64,000 nt of DNA, taken from assembly GCA_040217195.1 (NCBI GenBank), contig JAVJNR010000003.1:32001-96000 (forward strand), given 5' to 3'. A model generated the notes under the pieces. That model did not search any database. It saw only the letters and a program-made list of their open reading frames with translations, and had not been told where the DNA came from. Below are positions 30,299 through 40,310 of the stretch, piece after piece (position 1 is the stretch's first letter; the number at the start of each line of letters is the position of its first letter). The stretch comes from Leptospiraceae bacterium. Lineage in GTDB: Bacteria; Spirochaetota; Leptospiria; Leptospirales; Leptonemataceae. The position numbers were made by a program, and so were the translations under genes.

Positions 30299-31588
30299 TC
30301 AGGCGCCGGAGGTTCCGTAAATTGCTTCTCCTTCGCTTCTTGCAATTACAGCAGCTCCACAGGAATCGCTCCAAACATTTACAGCTGTGCGAAACATGTC
30401 CAGAATTCGATCCACAGTAATGATTAAACCCACCGCCTCAGCAGGAAGCCCCACTGCAGACAGAATAATTGTAATAGTTACCAGGCCGGCCATAGGAATT
30501 CCCGCGGCCCCCACAGAAGCAAGTAATGCAGTGAAAACTACAATTAGCTGCTCCGCAACACCGAGCTCAATACCATAGGCCTGTGCAATAAATAGAGTGG
30601 CCACGCATTCATACAGAGCCGTGCCATCCATATTTACCGTTGCACCCAGTGGTAATACGAAACTGGTAGTGCGATTGGAAATGCCTCCCTGTTTTTCGCA
30701 GCAATCCATGGTCAATGGCAACGTTGCACTGGAACTGGAAGTGGAAAAAGCCATCAGTAGAGCTGAGCCCATGGCTTTCAAATGCCTGAGAGGATTGAAT
30801 CCACCGTAAAATCGTAATATGGCAAAGAGGCTGACAAAGGCATGGACGAATAGAGCAATGATTACCACCGCCATATAGGTGCCCACGCTCTGGATGGACT
30901 GCATTAGATTACCTTCCAGATACTTCTCAGAAACCACTCCGGCAACAATTCCAAGAATTCCAAGAGGAGCGAATCTTACAATCCAGTCGGTAATTCGCAT
31001 CATCAGTTCAAAAGCTGACTGAAAAAAGCGAATCAAAGTGTCTCCATTTTCCTTTTCCATACGAAGGATGGCTGCCCCGGCCAAAAAGGCAAAGAAGATG
31101 ATTCCAAGCATATCATCTTGCATTAATGCCTGGAATAGGTTTCTCGGAATAATCTCAAGCAAGGTCTGGCTCAATGGTTTCACTTCAATGGATGAGTCCA
31201 GAATTTCTGGAGGCTCCATACCATCCCCGGGACGAATTAGATTTACCAGAACCAGACCGGTAGTAATGGCCAGCAGACTGGTCAGACCATAATAGCCCAG
31301 GGTTTTCAGTCCAAGACGCCCCAGAACGCTCGTAGCTCCGGACGAGTGCTCACCTTTCTCGGAGTCCGCGCCCAGACTCTGTTTCAGACCTGCTACGCCG
31401 CTAATGATGGAACATAGAATCAGAGGTGCCACAATCATCCGCAGAGCTCGCAGGAATAGATCTCCGGCCCAGGTTATGTAGCCGGCTTCGCCAGGCAGAA
31501 GAAATCCGTACAGCCCGCCCAGGATCAGTGCAGCCAGGATTTGCCAGTGCAATGGGATGGATAGAATGGAACGAATGGCTTTAGTCAT
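30299..31588 (-). CDS. Dicarboxylate/amino acid:cation symporter (DAACS/GltP family)
   Basis: Motifs AFSTSSSSATLP, PLGATVNMDGTALY and DRILDMFRTAVNV. Confidence 0.95.
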   Translation of the reverse strand: MTKAIRSILSIPLHWQILAALILGGLYGFLLPGEAGYITWAGDLFLRALRMIVAPLILCSIISGVAGLKQSLGADSEKGEHSSGATSVLGRLGLKTLGYYGLTSLLAITTGLVLVNLIRPGDGMEPPEILDSSIEVKPLSQTLLEIIPRNLFQALMQDDMLGIIFFAFLAGAAILRMEKENGDTLIRFFQSAFELMMRITDWIVRFAPLGILGIVAGVVSEKYLEGNLMQSIQSVGTYMAVVIIALFVHAFVSLFAILRFYGGFNPLRHLKAMGSALLMAFSTSSSSATLPLTMDCCEKQGGISNRTTSFVLPLGATVNMDGTALYECVATLFIAQAYGIELGVAEQLIVVFTALLASVGAAGIPMAGLVTITIILSAVGLPAEAVGLIITVDRILDMFRTAVNVWSDSCGAAVIARSEGEAIYGTSGA

Positions 31589-31711
31589 TAGTAATACCGA
31601 AGTGGGATCCTTGAGTCCAGAGCTGCCCGGTTACATGGCAGGGGACAAAATCCAGAATTTCGGTCGATTTAATGAGTTGCCGTGCAGCGCACCATATAAT
31701 TTTGCTGCATT

Positions 31712-32917
31712 GTGAGTCGGATTGCTACAGATCTGCTCCGGATTTTTGCCGTGACCTGCATCGTGTTTAACCACGTGAGCTGGCCACTTTTTGTTTCTTC
31801 GGCCAGCGCCTCCGGTGGCATGCTGGCCCACATTTCAGCCATCTTCAATCAGCTGGGCAAACCTTCGGTACTATTCTTTCTATTTCTTTCCGGCCTGGCA
31901 TTTTCGGGGAAGCGGGAACACCTGACCATTGCTGGATTCTACCGCAGCCGATTGCTGCGAATTCTACCTCCTTTCCTATTATTCTCTTTGATATTTTTTC
32001 TGGCATCCGGTGATTCCTTTGAACTTCTGTCCCCGGTTGGCTGGCTCTTTGCAGGTACGGCTCATTATCATCTGTACTTCGTTGCAGTTTTGCTGTATCT
32101 TTATTTGTGCTATCCGTTGCTACGTGAAATTCCCTACAAGCCTTCGTATCTGTTCACCCTCATTGGAGTGGGCATAGTTCTACATTTGATCAATTCCTTT
32201 CGCTACGATGCACCTCTGCCAATTTTTTTGGGGCACCGGCTGGCCGAACTGGGTGACCTGACCATGGAACAACCTGGAGGCGCAGACAATCGAGCCAGCG
32301 TGGTCTGGCTGGAGTATTTTGCTTTCGCTGTTCCATTTTTCATGGCTGGACTCTGGATGCCACAGATCGTTCAACGTCATTCCTTTCTCAAGCTCAGCTT
32401 TCAAAGCCGCAATTTAGATCCTGAAGGAAATGGCCTCTGGACTCGTCTGGGAAATCTAAAAGCAGGAAGCCTGTTTCAATTGATTCTACGAGGAGGCCTG
32501 GTTGTTGGCGGCTTTCTTCTGGTTTTCAATGATTTTGTTCTGGGTTACAAAGCGGGTCTGCATCCAGATCCGGCCGGCAGAGTGTGGAGAATTTCGGTGG
32601 CTTTGTATGCTGTAGCATTGATCGTATTTCTGCTGGCACTACCGCAGAAGTCATCCCCGGACTGGGTAAAGAAGCTGTCCAGGGCCAGTTTTCTTGTCTA
32701 TCTGCTACATCCACTGTGGATTGAAGCCACTCGCTTTTTACATCCCTATTATCAAACCCAGGTGGTAATACCTCTATCCTGGCTAACAGCCCTGGCGCTT
32801 CATGAACTGGCACTGTCCTTTCCTGCCCTGGGATTTCTTCTCGGAGAAGGCGATCGACTGGGGATTTCCAGAGCTACAGAAAAGTCAGGGGTTTCTGACG
32901 AACCTTCGCGCAAATAG
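31712..32917 (+). CDS. Acyltransferase-3 family membrane protein
   Basis: Motifs DLLR..A...IVFNH, FLFLSG, RLLRILPP, YHLYF and SFLVYLLH. Confidence 0.85.
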   Translation: MSRIATDLLRIFAVTCIVFNHVSWPLFVSSASASGGMLAHISAIFNQLGKPSVLFFLFLSGLAFSGKREHLTIAGFYRSRLLRILPPFLLFSLIFFLASGDSFELLSPVGWLFAGTAHYHLYFVAVLLYLYLCYPLLREIPYKPSYLFTLIGVGIVLHLINSFRYDAPLPIFLGHRLAELGDLTMEQPGGADNRASVVWLEYFAFAVPFFMAGLWMPQIVQRHSFLKLSFQSRNLDPEGNGLWTRLGNLKAGSLFQLILRGGLVVGGFLLVFNDFVLGYKAGLHPDPAGRVWRISVALYAVALIVFLLALPQKSSPDWVKKLSRASFLVYLLHPLWIEATRFLHPYYQTQVVIPLSWLTALALHELALSFPALGFLLGEGDRLGISRATEKSGVSDEPSRK

Positions 32918-33149
32918 TGGTTTCGCTCTATGTAGATCTACTGAATCTACTGAACAAAGCAAAAATCTCACTGTCTGGAACAATTCTCGGCTGTAACTCA
33001 ACAGGGTTCCCGCTGGAAACTATGGAGTTCCGACGCTTCCATTATTCTCTGACGTTGACCGTCATAAATGGAACCGAAACCGTTTAGAAGCAATAGCTGT
33101 CCGGCTACTTTGCAATCACTCCTCCGCAGCCTTACGCCTGAAGGGCCGA

Positions 33150-34613
33150 TTACTTTTTTCGTGAGCTTCGAGTAGCCGATTTCTTTTTAGAAGATCCGGT
33201 GGATTTCTTTCCGGCAGTATTCTTTTTGGAGGCCCGGCCGGATTTCCCGGTGGCAGTCTTCTTACTCTTTTTGCTCTTTTTACTGACTCCGGCCAGGCCC
33301 ACTCGTTTCCGGGCATCTGTAGTATTGCCCCGGGCAATGGACATTTCCCATTCCCGTGTCTTCCAGATCTTGCTGGTAATTAACCTGGCACCCCGACGTA
33401 CAGTCATGTAAGACCAGGCCCATTGCACCAGAACCATCATACGATTTCTAAAACCAATCAAGTAGTATATATGCACGATGAGCCATGCAATCCAGGCCAG
33501 AAAGCCGCTCATTTTTAATTTGCCCACTTCCAGAACTGCAGAGGCCCGACCGATGGTTGCCATGATTCCTTTGTCTTTATAGAAAAACGGCTTTCTGGTT
33601 TTGCCAGCAATGGTTCGTAGTATATTGGTAGCTGCCTGACGGCCCTGCTGAATGGCCACTGGAGCCAGACCGGGCAAAGGTTTTCCATCTCGTGTATGGG
33701 AAAAAGAAGCCTGATCGCCTACCACAAAGACTTCGGGAAACTTTTCCAGACTTAGATCGCTTTGAACAACTACCCGGCCGCCCCGATCTAGCTCAGCACC
33801 CAGGGTATAGTTGATTTCGGTGGGACGCACACCGGCAGCCCATAGAACGGTCTGCGCGCGAATTACCTCTTCGCCTACTACCACCCCATGCTCATCCACA
33901 TCTGAAACCATACTGTTGGTCCAGATGGTAACTCCCAGTCTTTCCAGTTCCCGGCTTGCATGCTCGGACATTTCTTCGGAGAATTGATTTAGAATCCTGG
34001 AGGCACCTTCCACAAGTATGATCCTTGTTCTTCTAGGATCAATGTTCCTGAAATCTCTTTCCAGGGTATAGCGGCTAATCTCTCCCAGGGCCCCGGCCAG
34101 CTCTACTCCAGTGGGGCCTCCGCCAACAATTACGAATGTTAGTAATTCTTTTTGAACTGCAGGATTGGTTTCTCTCTCTGCCAGCTCATATGCAATGAGC
34201 ATTCTTTTTCTTATTTCTGTGGCCTCTTCCAGAGATTTCAATCCGGGTGCATGGTCCTCCCATTGATCATTTCCGAAGTAGCTATGCGTGGCTCCTGCAC
34301 AGGATATTAGATAATCATATTCCAGGTCACCGAAGTCGCAACGAACCTTACGATTCTTCAAATCCACTCCTGTAACCACTCCCAGAAGCACATCGATGTT
34401 ATCGTAGCCGGAGAGAATGGACCGAATGGGTACAGCAATGTCAGCAGGACTGATGGCGGCCATGGCAACCTGATAGAGCAGAGGCTGGAACAGATGATGG
34501 TTCCTGCGGTCGATGAGTGTTACGGTAACCTCATCTTCCTTGGCCAGACGCTTGGCTGCATTAATACCTGCAAATCCGCCGCCAATGATTACTACATGTT
34601 TCGCTTTATCCAT
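33150..34613 (-). CDS. ndh: Type II NADH dehydrogenase with a Lys-rich C-terminal tail
   Basis: Motifs GGGFAG, HHLFQPLLYQVA, VGGGPTGVELAG, WAAGV, APVAIQQG and DKGIMATIGR. Confidence 0.92.
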   Translation of the reverse strand: MDKAKHVVIIGGGFAGINAAKRLAKEDEVTVTLIDRRNHHLFQPLLYQVAMAAISPADIAVPIRSILSGYDNIDVLLGVVTGVDLKNRKVRCDFGDLEYDYLISCAGATHSYFGNDQWEDHAPGLKSLEEATEIRKRMLIAYELAERETNPAVQKELLTFVIVGGGPTGVELAGALGEISRYTLERDFRNIDPRRTRIILVEGASRILNQFSEEMSEHASRELERLGVTIWTNSMVSDVDEHGVVVGEEVIRAQTVLWAAGVRPTEINYTLGAELDRGGRVVVQSDLSLEKFPEVFVVGDQASFSHTRDGKPLPGLAPVAIQQGRQAATNILRTIAGKTRKPFFYKDKGIMATIGRASAVLEVGKLKMSGFLAWIAWLIVHIYYLIGFRNRMMVLVQWAWSYMTVRRGARLITSKIWKTREWEMSIARGNTTDARKRVGLAGVSKKSKKSKKTATGKSGRASKKNTAGKKSTGSSKKKSATRSSRKK

Positions 34614-36280
34614 TACTCAGACTCCCTTCGCCGAACAAAAAACCAGACCATTCCGATGGCAAGCATTACAAGGCCCAGCACTGAGAATCCTACAATGCCA
34701 CCGATGGAAAACATTACATTGATCTTATCATAGTACATTAAATCTGTCTGAAGGCCCGTTACTTCTCCGTCTTGATTGCGTTGCACCTGAACCAGCCACC
34801 CATCCATTCCGGCCTGCCCTCTTGCAAAGAATAGATCCGGGGCCAGAGGGATCAGATGGATGGAAGGCTCGGTTTCAAAGAATCCGGAAAATCGAACCTG
34901 GGTACCTTTTAACTCCAGCCGCGTATCGGCCAGAAAACGAAAGATATCAGCGGAGCCAGCCAGCAAATACCTGGGCCTGTAGTATCCTGTGAGTTCTTCC
35001 AGGGAGGCTGCAGTGACATTGTTCGGCAAGTAACCGGGTTGCATTTGTTCCAGAAAGGCGCCGCATTCAGGGTACAAATCTGGAATAATTCGATCTAAAA
35101 TCCTTTGAAGGGTCATCTGCTGCCTGGCATTCAGGAATACCACAGCTCCTCGGCCATCTTCGGTGAATATTGCACCGGCTGCAAATCCCGGGTACTGAGT
35201 TAGAATACGATAGAATCCCGGGCCCTCCGGACCACAGAGTTTATGATAGTAAAGTCCTGGACTGCGTCCACCTGGCACAGAGGTACTCCATCTGCGATCC
35301 AGCATATGTCGGGCCACCGGTTGTCCTGCCCTGGCCTGCCTGGTCAATTCCTGAAGGAAAGATCCGTAATCCTCTGCAGTGGTAAGAAGATCCAGATAGG
35401 AGGTAAAAGCAACCCGGGGTAGATCAATGGGAGCCGGCGTTTTTCCCCTGGGCTCATAGCCTCGGGCCAGTGTTTTACCATCTTTATCATCAAAGAAGAA
35501 TGTATCTTCCAGATTCATGGTTTTCAAAACATGTTGCCTTACAAGTTCATTGGAATTCAGTTCCCTGGAATGAAATAGCCATTCATACCCCTGGGGGGAG
35601 TAAATGTAATGACCTTCTGCCCCCAGGCTAGTTGTTACCGTTTCCGTTAAAAGTTCATTGCGAACCTCTTCGACCGGAGCTTCCACACCTGGAGAAAGTA
35701 ATCCTTCATGTGTATTTCGCAACCCTGCAGTCATCAGGAAGAGTTCATCGGAGCTAACAGTTTCTCCGGAAGGTAATTGCACGGACTGATTCAGGGGCAA
35801 TCCTCTGCTCTGAAGATCCTTCAGAAATGCAAATACAGAAAGCGGAGCCCTCAGAGCCCCCACAGCAAAGGCTGTACTATTTGTAAGCTTTTCGCCGGAT
35901 TCGGAGGAAGCAAGACCAAAGCTTTCGGCATAGCTTCTACCCGGTCGAAATACATAGATCTGAACTCCCTGGATGTTTTGATCCTCCATAAGAGATGGAA
36001 TGTAGGATTTCAAAGCGTCCGTAAGATCCCTGGCCTGAAGCGGGTTGGCTCCCAGAATCAGTGCTGCCAACATCAAGCCGATTACGCGGATAGTCTTTGC
36101 TGTTTTGCTCCGCTGGAATGGAAGAACTTTACAAACGTTCTGTAGTGATTTATGGAAATCGGACCTGCGCAAAGACCGGAGGAGCTGGACTGTTCCGTTC
36201 CGGGCAATCGTGGTGGGCCTCTCTCTGCTGCTGGTTGGCGATTTTTCAGGATCTGTGGACTGGCAAGGATCGTGGATCAC
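34613..36280 (-). CDS. Beta-lactamase/serine hydrolase-fold membrane-anchored protein with degenerate catalytic motifs
   Basis: Fold cues IQGVQI, FGLA, MTAGL, YSPQGY, MNLEDT and LLTTAEDY. C-terminal TM followed by RRR. Start is uncertain. Confidence 0.7.
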   Translation of the reverse strand: MIHDPCQSTDPEKSPTSSRERPTTIARNGTVQLLRSLRRSDFHKSLQNVCKVLPFQRSKTAKTIRVIGLMLAALILGANPLQARDLTDALKSYIPSLMEDQNIQGVQIYVFRPGRSYAESFGLASSESGEKLTNSTAFAVGALRAPLSVFAFLKDLQSRGLPLNQSVQLPSGETVSSDELFLMTAGLRNTHEGLLSPGVEAPVEEVRNELLTETVTTSLGAEGHYIYSPQGYEWLFHSRELNSNELVRQHVLKTMNLEDTFFFDDKDGKTLARGYEPRGKTPAPIDLPRVAFTSYLDLLTTAEDYGSFLQELTRQARAGQPVARHMLDRRWSTSVPGGRSPGLYYHKLCGPEGPGFYRILTQYPGFAAGAIFTEDGRGAVVFLNARQQMTLQRILDRIIPDLYPECGAFLEQMQPGYLPNNVTAASLEELTGYYRPRYLLAGSADIFRFLADTRLELKGTQVRFSGFFETEPSIHLIPLAPDLFFARGQAGMDGWLVQVQRNQDGEVTGLQTDLMYYDKINVMFSIGGIVGFSVLGLVMLAIGMVWFFVRRRESE

Positions 36281-37398
36281 GAGTCATTCTGGGATTCTCC
36301 CTCTGCGGGCAAAGAAAAATCAGAAAAATCCTCCGGCCGAGTGCTGGCATACTCAATCAATTCTGGAATCTTTTCAGACGGCACATTCTTCCAGTAAACG
36401 GTCCAGTAATCCAGTCGATGAAATCCATCGGCCAGCCTTTCGTACCATCGATGGATGGTATTGGTACGTCTGGACCTCCAGAACAAGGGACCGGGCCGGC
36501 AAAGAACGGATTCCCAGAGCTCCTGAGCCACACCCTCTCCTCGGGCCTGCAAACCTACAGCAAATTTAGAGAGATAACGCATACCCTGATGCTCCTCCAG
36601 AAGCACAGCGCCCCGATACCTGGAATCAATGTGAAATTCAATCATCCTGGAAAGGATGGATGGATCCTTCAATTCCCGGCCAAAGCTCTCCTGGAGCAAA
36701 TTCATGAGTCTTTGACGATCTATGGAATCCATCGAAACAAGAAAAAGAATTTCGCTTCCCTCTCTTACAATGGTTCCGGCCCCTTTAACTGTGAATATCT
36801 CCTTTAACAGATCAAAAGGTGTGGTAACCGAAAGATGCACTCCTGAGTCCCGACTCAGGATACTTCGACACATAGACAATAAGGCCCGATCTTCCCATCT
36901 AGATTGAACCCCGGGATGACAATGAAACAATGGTTCTCCAGAATCGGATCGAATGGCTCCACTCAATCGCACAAAGTGGACCCTTCGAGTCCAGGAGGGC
37001 ACCATCCGTGCAAGTGTTTCATCAAGATTTTTGGCACTGCGAAGAACAGAAATGCTTCTTCTTTCTTCACTGCTTTCAGAGTTACGCTGGTCCGAGTGCT
37101 CTGGCTTCAGTCTCAGATCCAGATCCTGAATATTAAAGGTGCGATCATCGGCGAAGTGATGGATCTGCTTTGAAGCCACCGGTTCGGTAAGCAATACAGA
37201 AGGAAAAAGTCCCAGACGGCTTAAGAAATACAGATGAGTTCGTAGAATTTCCGGCGCCTGGGCTACGCTTTCTGCATCTGGAACAATAAGAGCAAATAGT
37301 CCTGGAGCACCTTGCCTGAATTTCTTAAGATAAAAATCTATCTCTTCGCTTCGGCCAATACTCTGGAGAAAAAGACTGAATGCATCATCGAAAAACAT
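36277..37398 (-). CDS. N-acetylglutamate synthase/kinase-like protein (degenerate AAK + DUF619-type NAT domain)
   Basis: Motifs EIDFYLKKF, LLKEIFTVKGAGT, YLSKFAV, ARGEG and LFWRSR..N.IH.WY. Confidence 0.78.
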   Translation of the reverse strand: MFFDDAFSLFLQSIGRSEEIDFYLKKFRQGAPGLFALIVPDAESVAQAPEILRTHLYFLSRLGLFPSVLLTEPVASKQIHHFADDRTFNIQDLDLRLKPEHSDQRNSESSEERRSISVLRSAKNLDETLARMVPSWTRRVHFVRLSGAIRSDSGEPLFHCHPGVQSRWEDRALLSMCRSILSRDSGVHLSVTTPFDLLKEIFTVKGAGTIVREGSEILFLVSMDSIDRQRLMNLLQESFGRELKDPSILSRMIEFHIDSRYRGAVLLEEHQGMRYLSKFAVGLQARGEGVAQELWESVLCRPGPLFWRSRRTNTIHRWYERLADGFHRLDYWTVYWKNVPSEKIPELIEYASTRPEDFSDFSLPAEGESQNDS

Positions 37399-37444
37399 TG
37401 TTTCTAATTACGCTGCCCTACAATTCAATAGACTGGTGCCAACA

Positions 37445-38254
37445 TTATCGGTTCAAGAAATCCGGTCGAAAGAGTGAATCGGAAATCTCCAGTGTATCGT
37501 CGAAAGTATAAACTTCCAGACGAGTGATTGTTCCTGTTTCCAGGTCCAGAGCCTCCATACGCACCGGCCAGGCAGGTACAATGTCTTTCTTTTTTCCCAG
37601 GTGTAATACAGGTATATCGTAGCTTATCTCTATGGTCTTAAACAAAACTGTATTTCGATCATAGACATCCAGTCGCATAACTCGCAGACTTCCGGGCTCT
37701 TGAATCACAGAAATCCGGCCATAAGAAGACGGAAGCATGGGAATCAAAGAATAGTTAATTGCCTTTCCTCCACCTTCGATCTTCACCTCTCTGGCTGCAG
37801 TGGCCGGATGAAAGTTAGCCTCGAGACTGGAACCGGACAGATCTTTGAACGATAAACCCGAACGAATGATTGCATTATACTGGTCGGCGCCTCTCAATTG
37901 AAGTAAATCCCTTCGCCGGGCATCCCAGACCCAGATATCCTCACCCTGTCTCAAGTATAGAATTCGTAGAGTCACTCCACGCGCCGGAGACGTTAATTCC
38001 AGGAAGCGGCCTTTCTCCGAAACATGCATCTGAAAATCCTGCATGTTGGGCCGACCTTTTTCATCTATGATGGTAATTTTCCCGGAATAGACTCCAGGCG
38101 GATAATCAAGACTGGCATCCAGGGCAGTAACCAGCGACTGAACCGGTCTGTCTTTCCAGCTTTCGGCTGGCTCCTCTGCCTGGACAAGAGTAGCCCAAAC
38201 CAGAACCAGAGTGAGGCAGCTAAATAGCTGGTTTTTTTTACTTTTCCATGGCAT
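37445..38254 (-). CDS. Outer-membrane lipoprotein-sorting (LolA-like) protein
   Basis: Signal peptide ending VQA. Motifs SPARG..ILY, DIWVW, SGLSFKDL, YGRI and YDRN..LFKT. Confidence 0.7.
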   Translation of the reverse strand: MPWKSKKNQLFSCLTLVLVWATLVQAEEPAESWKDRPVQSLVTALDASLDYPPGVYSGKITIIDEKGRPNMQDFQMHVSEKGRFLELTSPARGVTLRILYLRQGEDIWVWDARRRDLLQLRGADQYNAIIRSGLSFKDLSGSSLEANFHPATAAREVKIEGGGKAINYSLIPMLPSSYGRISVIQEPGSLRVMRLDVYDRNTVLFKTIEISYDIPVLHLGKKKDIVPAWPVRMEALDLETGTITRLEVYTFDDTLEISDSLFRPDFLNR

Positions 38255-38331
38255 ACGAATTTTTGGTGGACCCGCCAGAGGCAGATCCAGAACATTCCGG
38301 TATCTTACCTCAAGAATCGGAGGATATCTTT

Positions 38332-39288
38332 ATGCAGGCAATACAACGAGCAAGAAATGTTGCTCTTTTACTAGCAGTAATGGCCGTCTCAACCGCATCG
38401 GCTGACCAATTACGTTTAAATGTCGGACTCTGGCCAGGCGAACTGGATCCAGAACTGGAAAGCCGGCTATTTCTGGACGACCTTGTAGAACCCACCAGCC
38501 GAATTGATCTGGCCTGGTCCAACAAGAATACCACCACTGTGTACCCTCTTGGACTGCAGTATTTCAAGCCCATGGGTTCCGGTCAACTGGTGCTCACCGC
38601 GAACTATATCCGGTATGCACCGGAATACTCTTTTAACGGAATCAGTACCGGCTCTGTTGCCCTGGTTTCCCTGGAAGATTTTTCCACTACAGACTGGGAA
38701 CTGGAAGCCGGGTATGAAATCCCTCTGGTAGGAAATAAGCTTTTTCTAACTCCTAGATTGGGCTTTCGCTGGCACACTCAGGAATTCAATTACGATGAAT
38801 TAACCATTGGTAGCCCATCTGCCATTAGCCTGGACAGTCCATTTTCAGGTAATGCACGAGGAAGCTATATTGCCCTGGGCGCTAAGTTCTATCTAATGCC
38901 TCAAGTTGCTCTGTACTTCGACCTGATGACAACGTCCATCTTCCCCAATTTTGGCGGTAGCATGGAGTTCGAACAGACTGTTCTACAGACCGACGGAGTC
39001 CTCCGATATGATCGCGCGGAATCCAGTTACCAGGTAGAATTCTCTCGCTATACACTGGGTATTCAGTACGATTTCAATAAAAATGCCTACATTCAGGTTG
39101 GTATTCGAGAGGAAGTTCAGAAAACCAGCTATCCTGGATACTTCAATCTGGCCATTCGCACCAATGCCAGCGGTGTAAATGCCACTGTAGATGAAATTAT
39201 TTCAGATATTGTATTCTGGGACTTTCAGGATCAGAATCAAACCAAAGGTTTTGCTTTCGTGGCATTTAGCTACGGAATCGATATCTAA
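38332..39288 (+). CDS. Outer-membrane beta-barrel protein (possibly Leptospiraceae LA_2444/LA_4059 type)
   Basis: RBS GGAGG, signal peptide ending ASA, alternating aromatic beta-strands and C-terminal FVAFSYGIDI. The family name is from recall only. Confidence 0.7.
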   Translation: MQAIQRARNVALLLAVMAVSTASADQLRLNVGLWPGELDPELESRLFLDDLVEPTSRIDLAWSNKNTTTVYPLGLQYFKPMGSGQLVLTANYIRYAPEYSFNGISTGSVALVSLEDFSTTDWELEAGYEIPLVGNKLFLTPRLGFRWHTQEFNYDELTIGSPSAISLDSPFSGNARGSYIALGAKFYLMPQVALYFDLMTTSIFPNFGGSMEFEQTVLQTDGVLRYDRAESSYQVEFSRYTLGIQYDFNKNAYIQVGIREEVQKTSYPGYFNLAIRTNASGVNATVDEIISDIVFWDFQDQNQTKGFAFVAFSYGIDI

Positions 39289-39328
39289 TACTCATTTAGA
39301 TCTAAATCGTAGCCATGAGCTGCGATAC

Positions 39329-39357
39329 AGGGGCTGCCAGTTGGCAGCCCTTTTTTA
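39329..39357 (+). terminator. Intrinsic terminator after the OMP gene
   Basis: GGGCTGCCA-gt-TGGCAGCCC inverted repeat followed by TTTTTT. Confidence 0.88.
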
Positions 39358-39431
39358 TGCCTATTGCCGGCTCGATCTGAATCCAAAACCTGGGCCAGTC
39401 TGAGCGAAATAAAGTTAGATCATGGGATAGA

Positions 39432-39779
39432 TCAACCATCCGTGCTTTGTTCTGATGATGGAGGGGAAAGTTTGAGGGAATCCAGGTATTCCTGCCATTC
39501 ATGGGGCAGATAATACTTCTTCTTACCATTACACTCTTTGCAACAGGCAACGATGTTGGACTTTTCTGAGGAACCTCCCCGGGACAGGGGAATAATATGA
39601 TCCATGGTCAATTCATTGGATTTAAAGGACTGCCCACAGTAGTAGCACTTGCCGGATGACTTTTTCTTTTTCCACCAGGCGCTATCCCGGAGCTTCCGGG
39701 CTTTGAGTTTTTCGCGATCTATCCAGCCAGGGTCAGGAGCAAAGTATGGATCAAATTTTTCCGGTTCGGACCTCATCAT
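39432..39779 (-). CDS. HNH endonuclease family protein
   Basis: CYYC...TMDHIIPLSRGG...NIVACCKECNGKK. Confidence 0.9.
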   Translation of the reverse strand: MMRSEPEKFDPYFAPDPGWIDREKLKARKLRDSAWWKKKKSSGKCYYCGQSFKSNELTMDHIIPLSRGGSSEKSNIVACCKECNGKKKYYLPHEWQEYLDSLKLSPPSSEQSTDG

Positions 39780-40242
39780 GCGTTCTTCGATACCATCGTA
39801 CCATATCTACGTAGGACAGAATACCCATTACCTTTCCCTCGTCAATCACGGGAAGGCTGCGAACTTTCTTTGCAATCATCAAGTTCAACGCTTCTCGCAG
39901 GTAAGCATCCGAAGTTACCGAAACCATCTCCTTTCCTTCGATGACCTGCTCAATCGTGACTTTAAGGTAATTTCTTTCAATATCCAGAGCTTCTTCATAG
40001 GATAGTCGAAGCAAATCGAACACTGTAATTGTGCCCAGGGGAGTGCCATCCCTCATGACGAGAACACCCAGAAATCCGTTTTCAAGACAGGTTCTGGCAG
40101 CGGCAGCAGCAGGATCCCTGGCATCGCAGGTAATCACTTCTCTGGTCATCACATCGTCTACTTTTGCTTCCAGCATCTTCTGCGTTCGGCGAAGTAGCTT
40201 TTCTTTCAGACCGTGGTCTTTGATTTCATCGATCATTGACAT
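39751..40242 (-). CDS. CBS domain-pair protein
   Basis: Motifs VDDVMTREVIT and SLPVIDEGKVMGILS. RBS GAGGAGG before the ATG at 40242. Confidence 0.88.
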   Translation of the reverse strand: MSMIDEIKDHGLKEKLLRRTQKMLEAKVDDVMTREVITCDARDPAAAAARTCLENGFLGVLVMRDGTPLGTITVFDLLRLSYEEALDIERNYLKVTIEQVIEGKEMVSVTSDAYLREALNLMIAKKVRSLPVIDEGKVMGILSYVDMVRWYRRTHDEVRTGKI

Positions 40243-40310
40243 AGCATTCCTCCTCTGCTCCTGCGGTACCCATCCGAACATTCGCTTCGAATGGTTTCAT
40301 ATTCCGGGAT

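Noticed and set aside
36045..36807. Long antisense ORFs (36045-36569, 36097-36807) and similar shadow ORFs such as 51454-52056
   Set aside because: They lie opposite well-supported genes and show no protein motifs.
39432..39779. HNH gene as a homing endonuclease or mobile element
   Set aside because: It is a short stand-alone HNH in a housekeeping gene string, with no intron, intein, terminal repeats or phage context.
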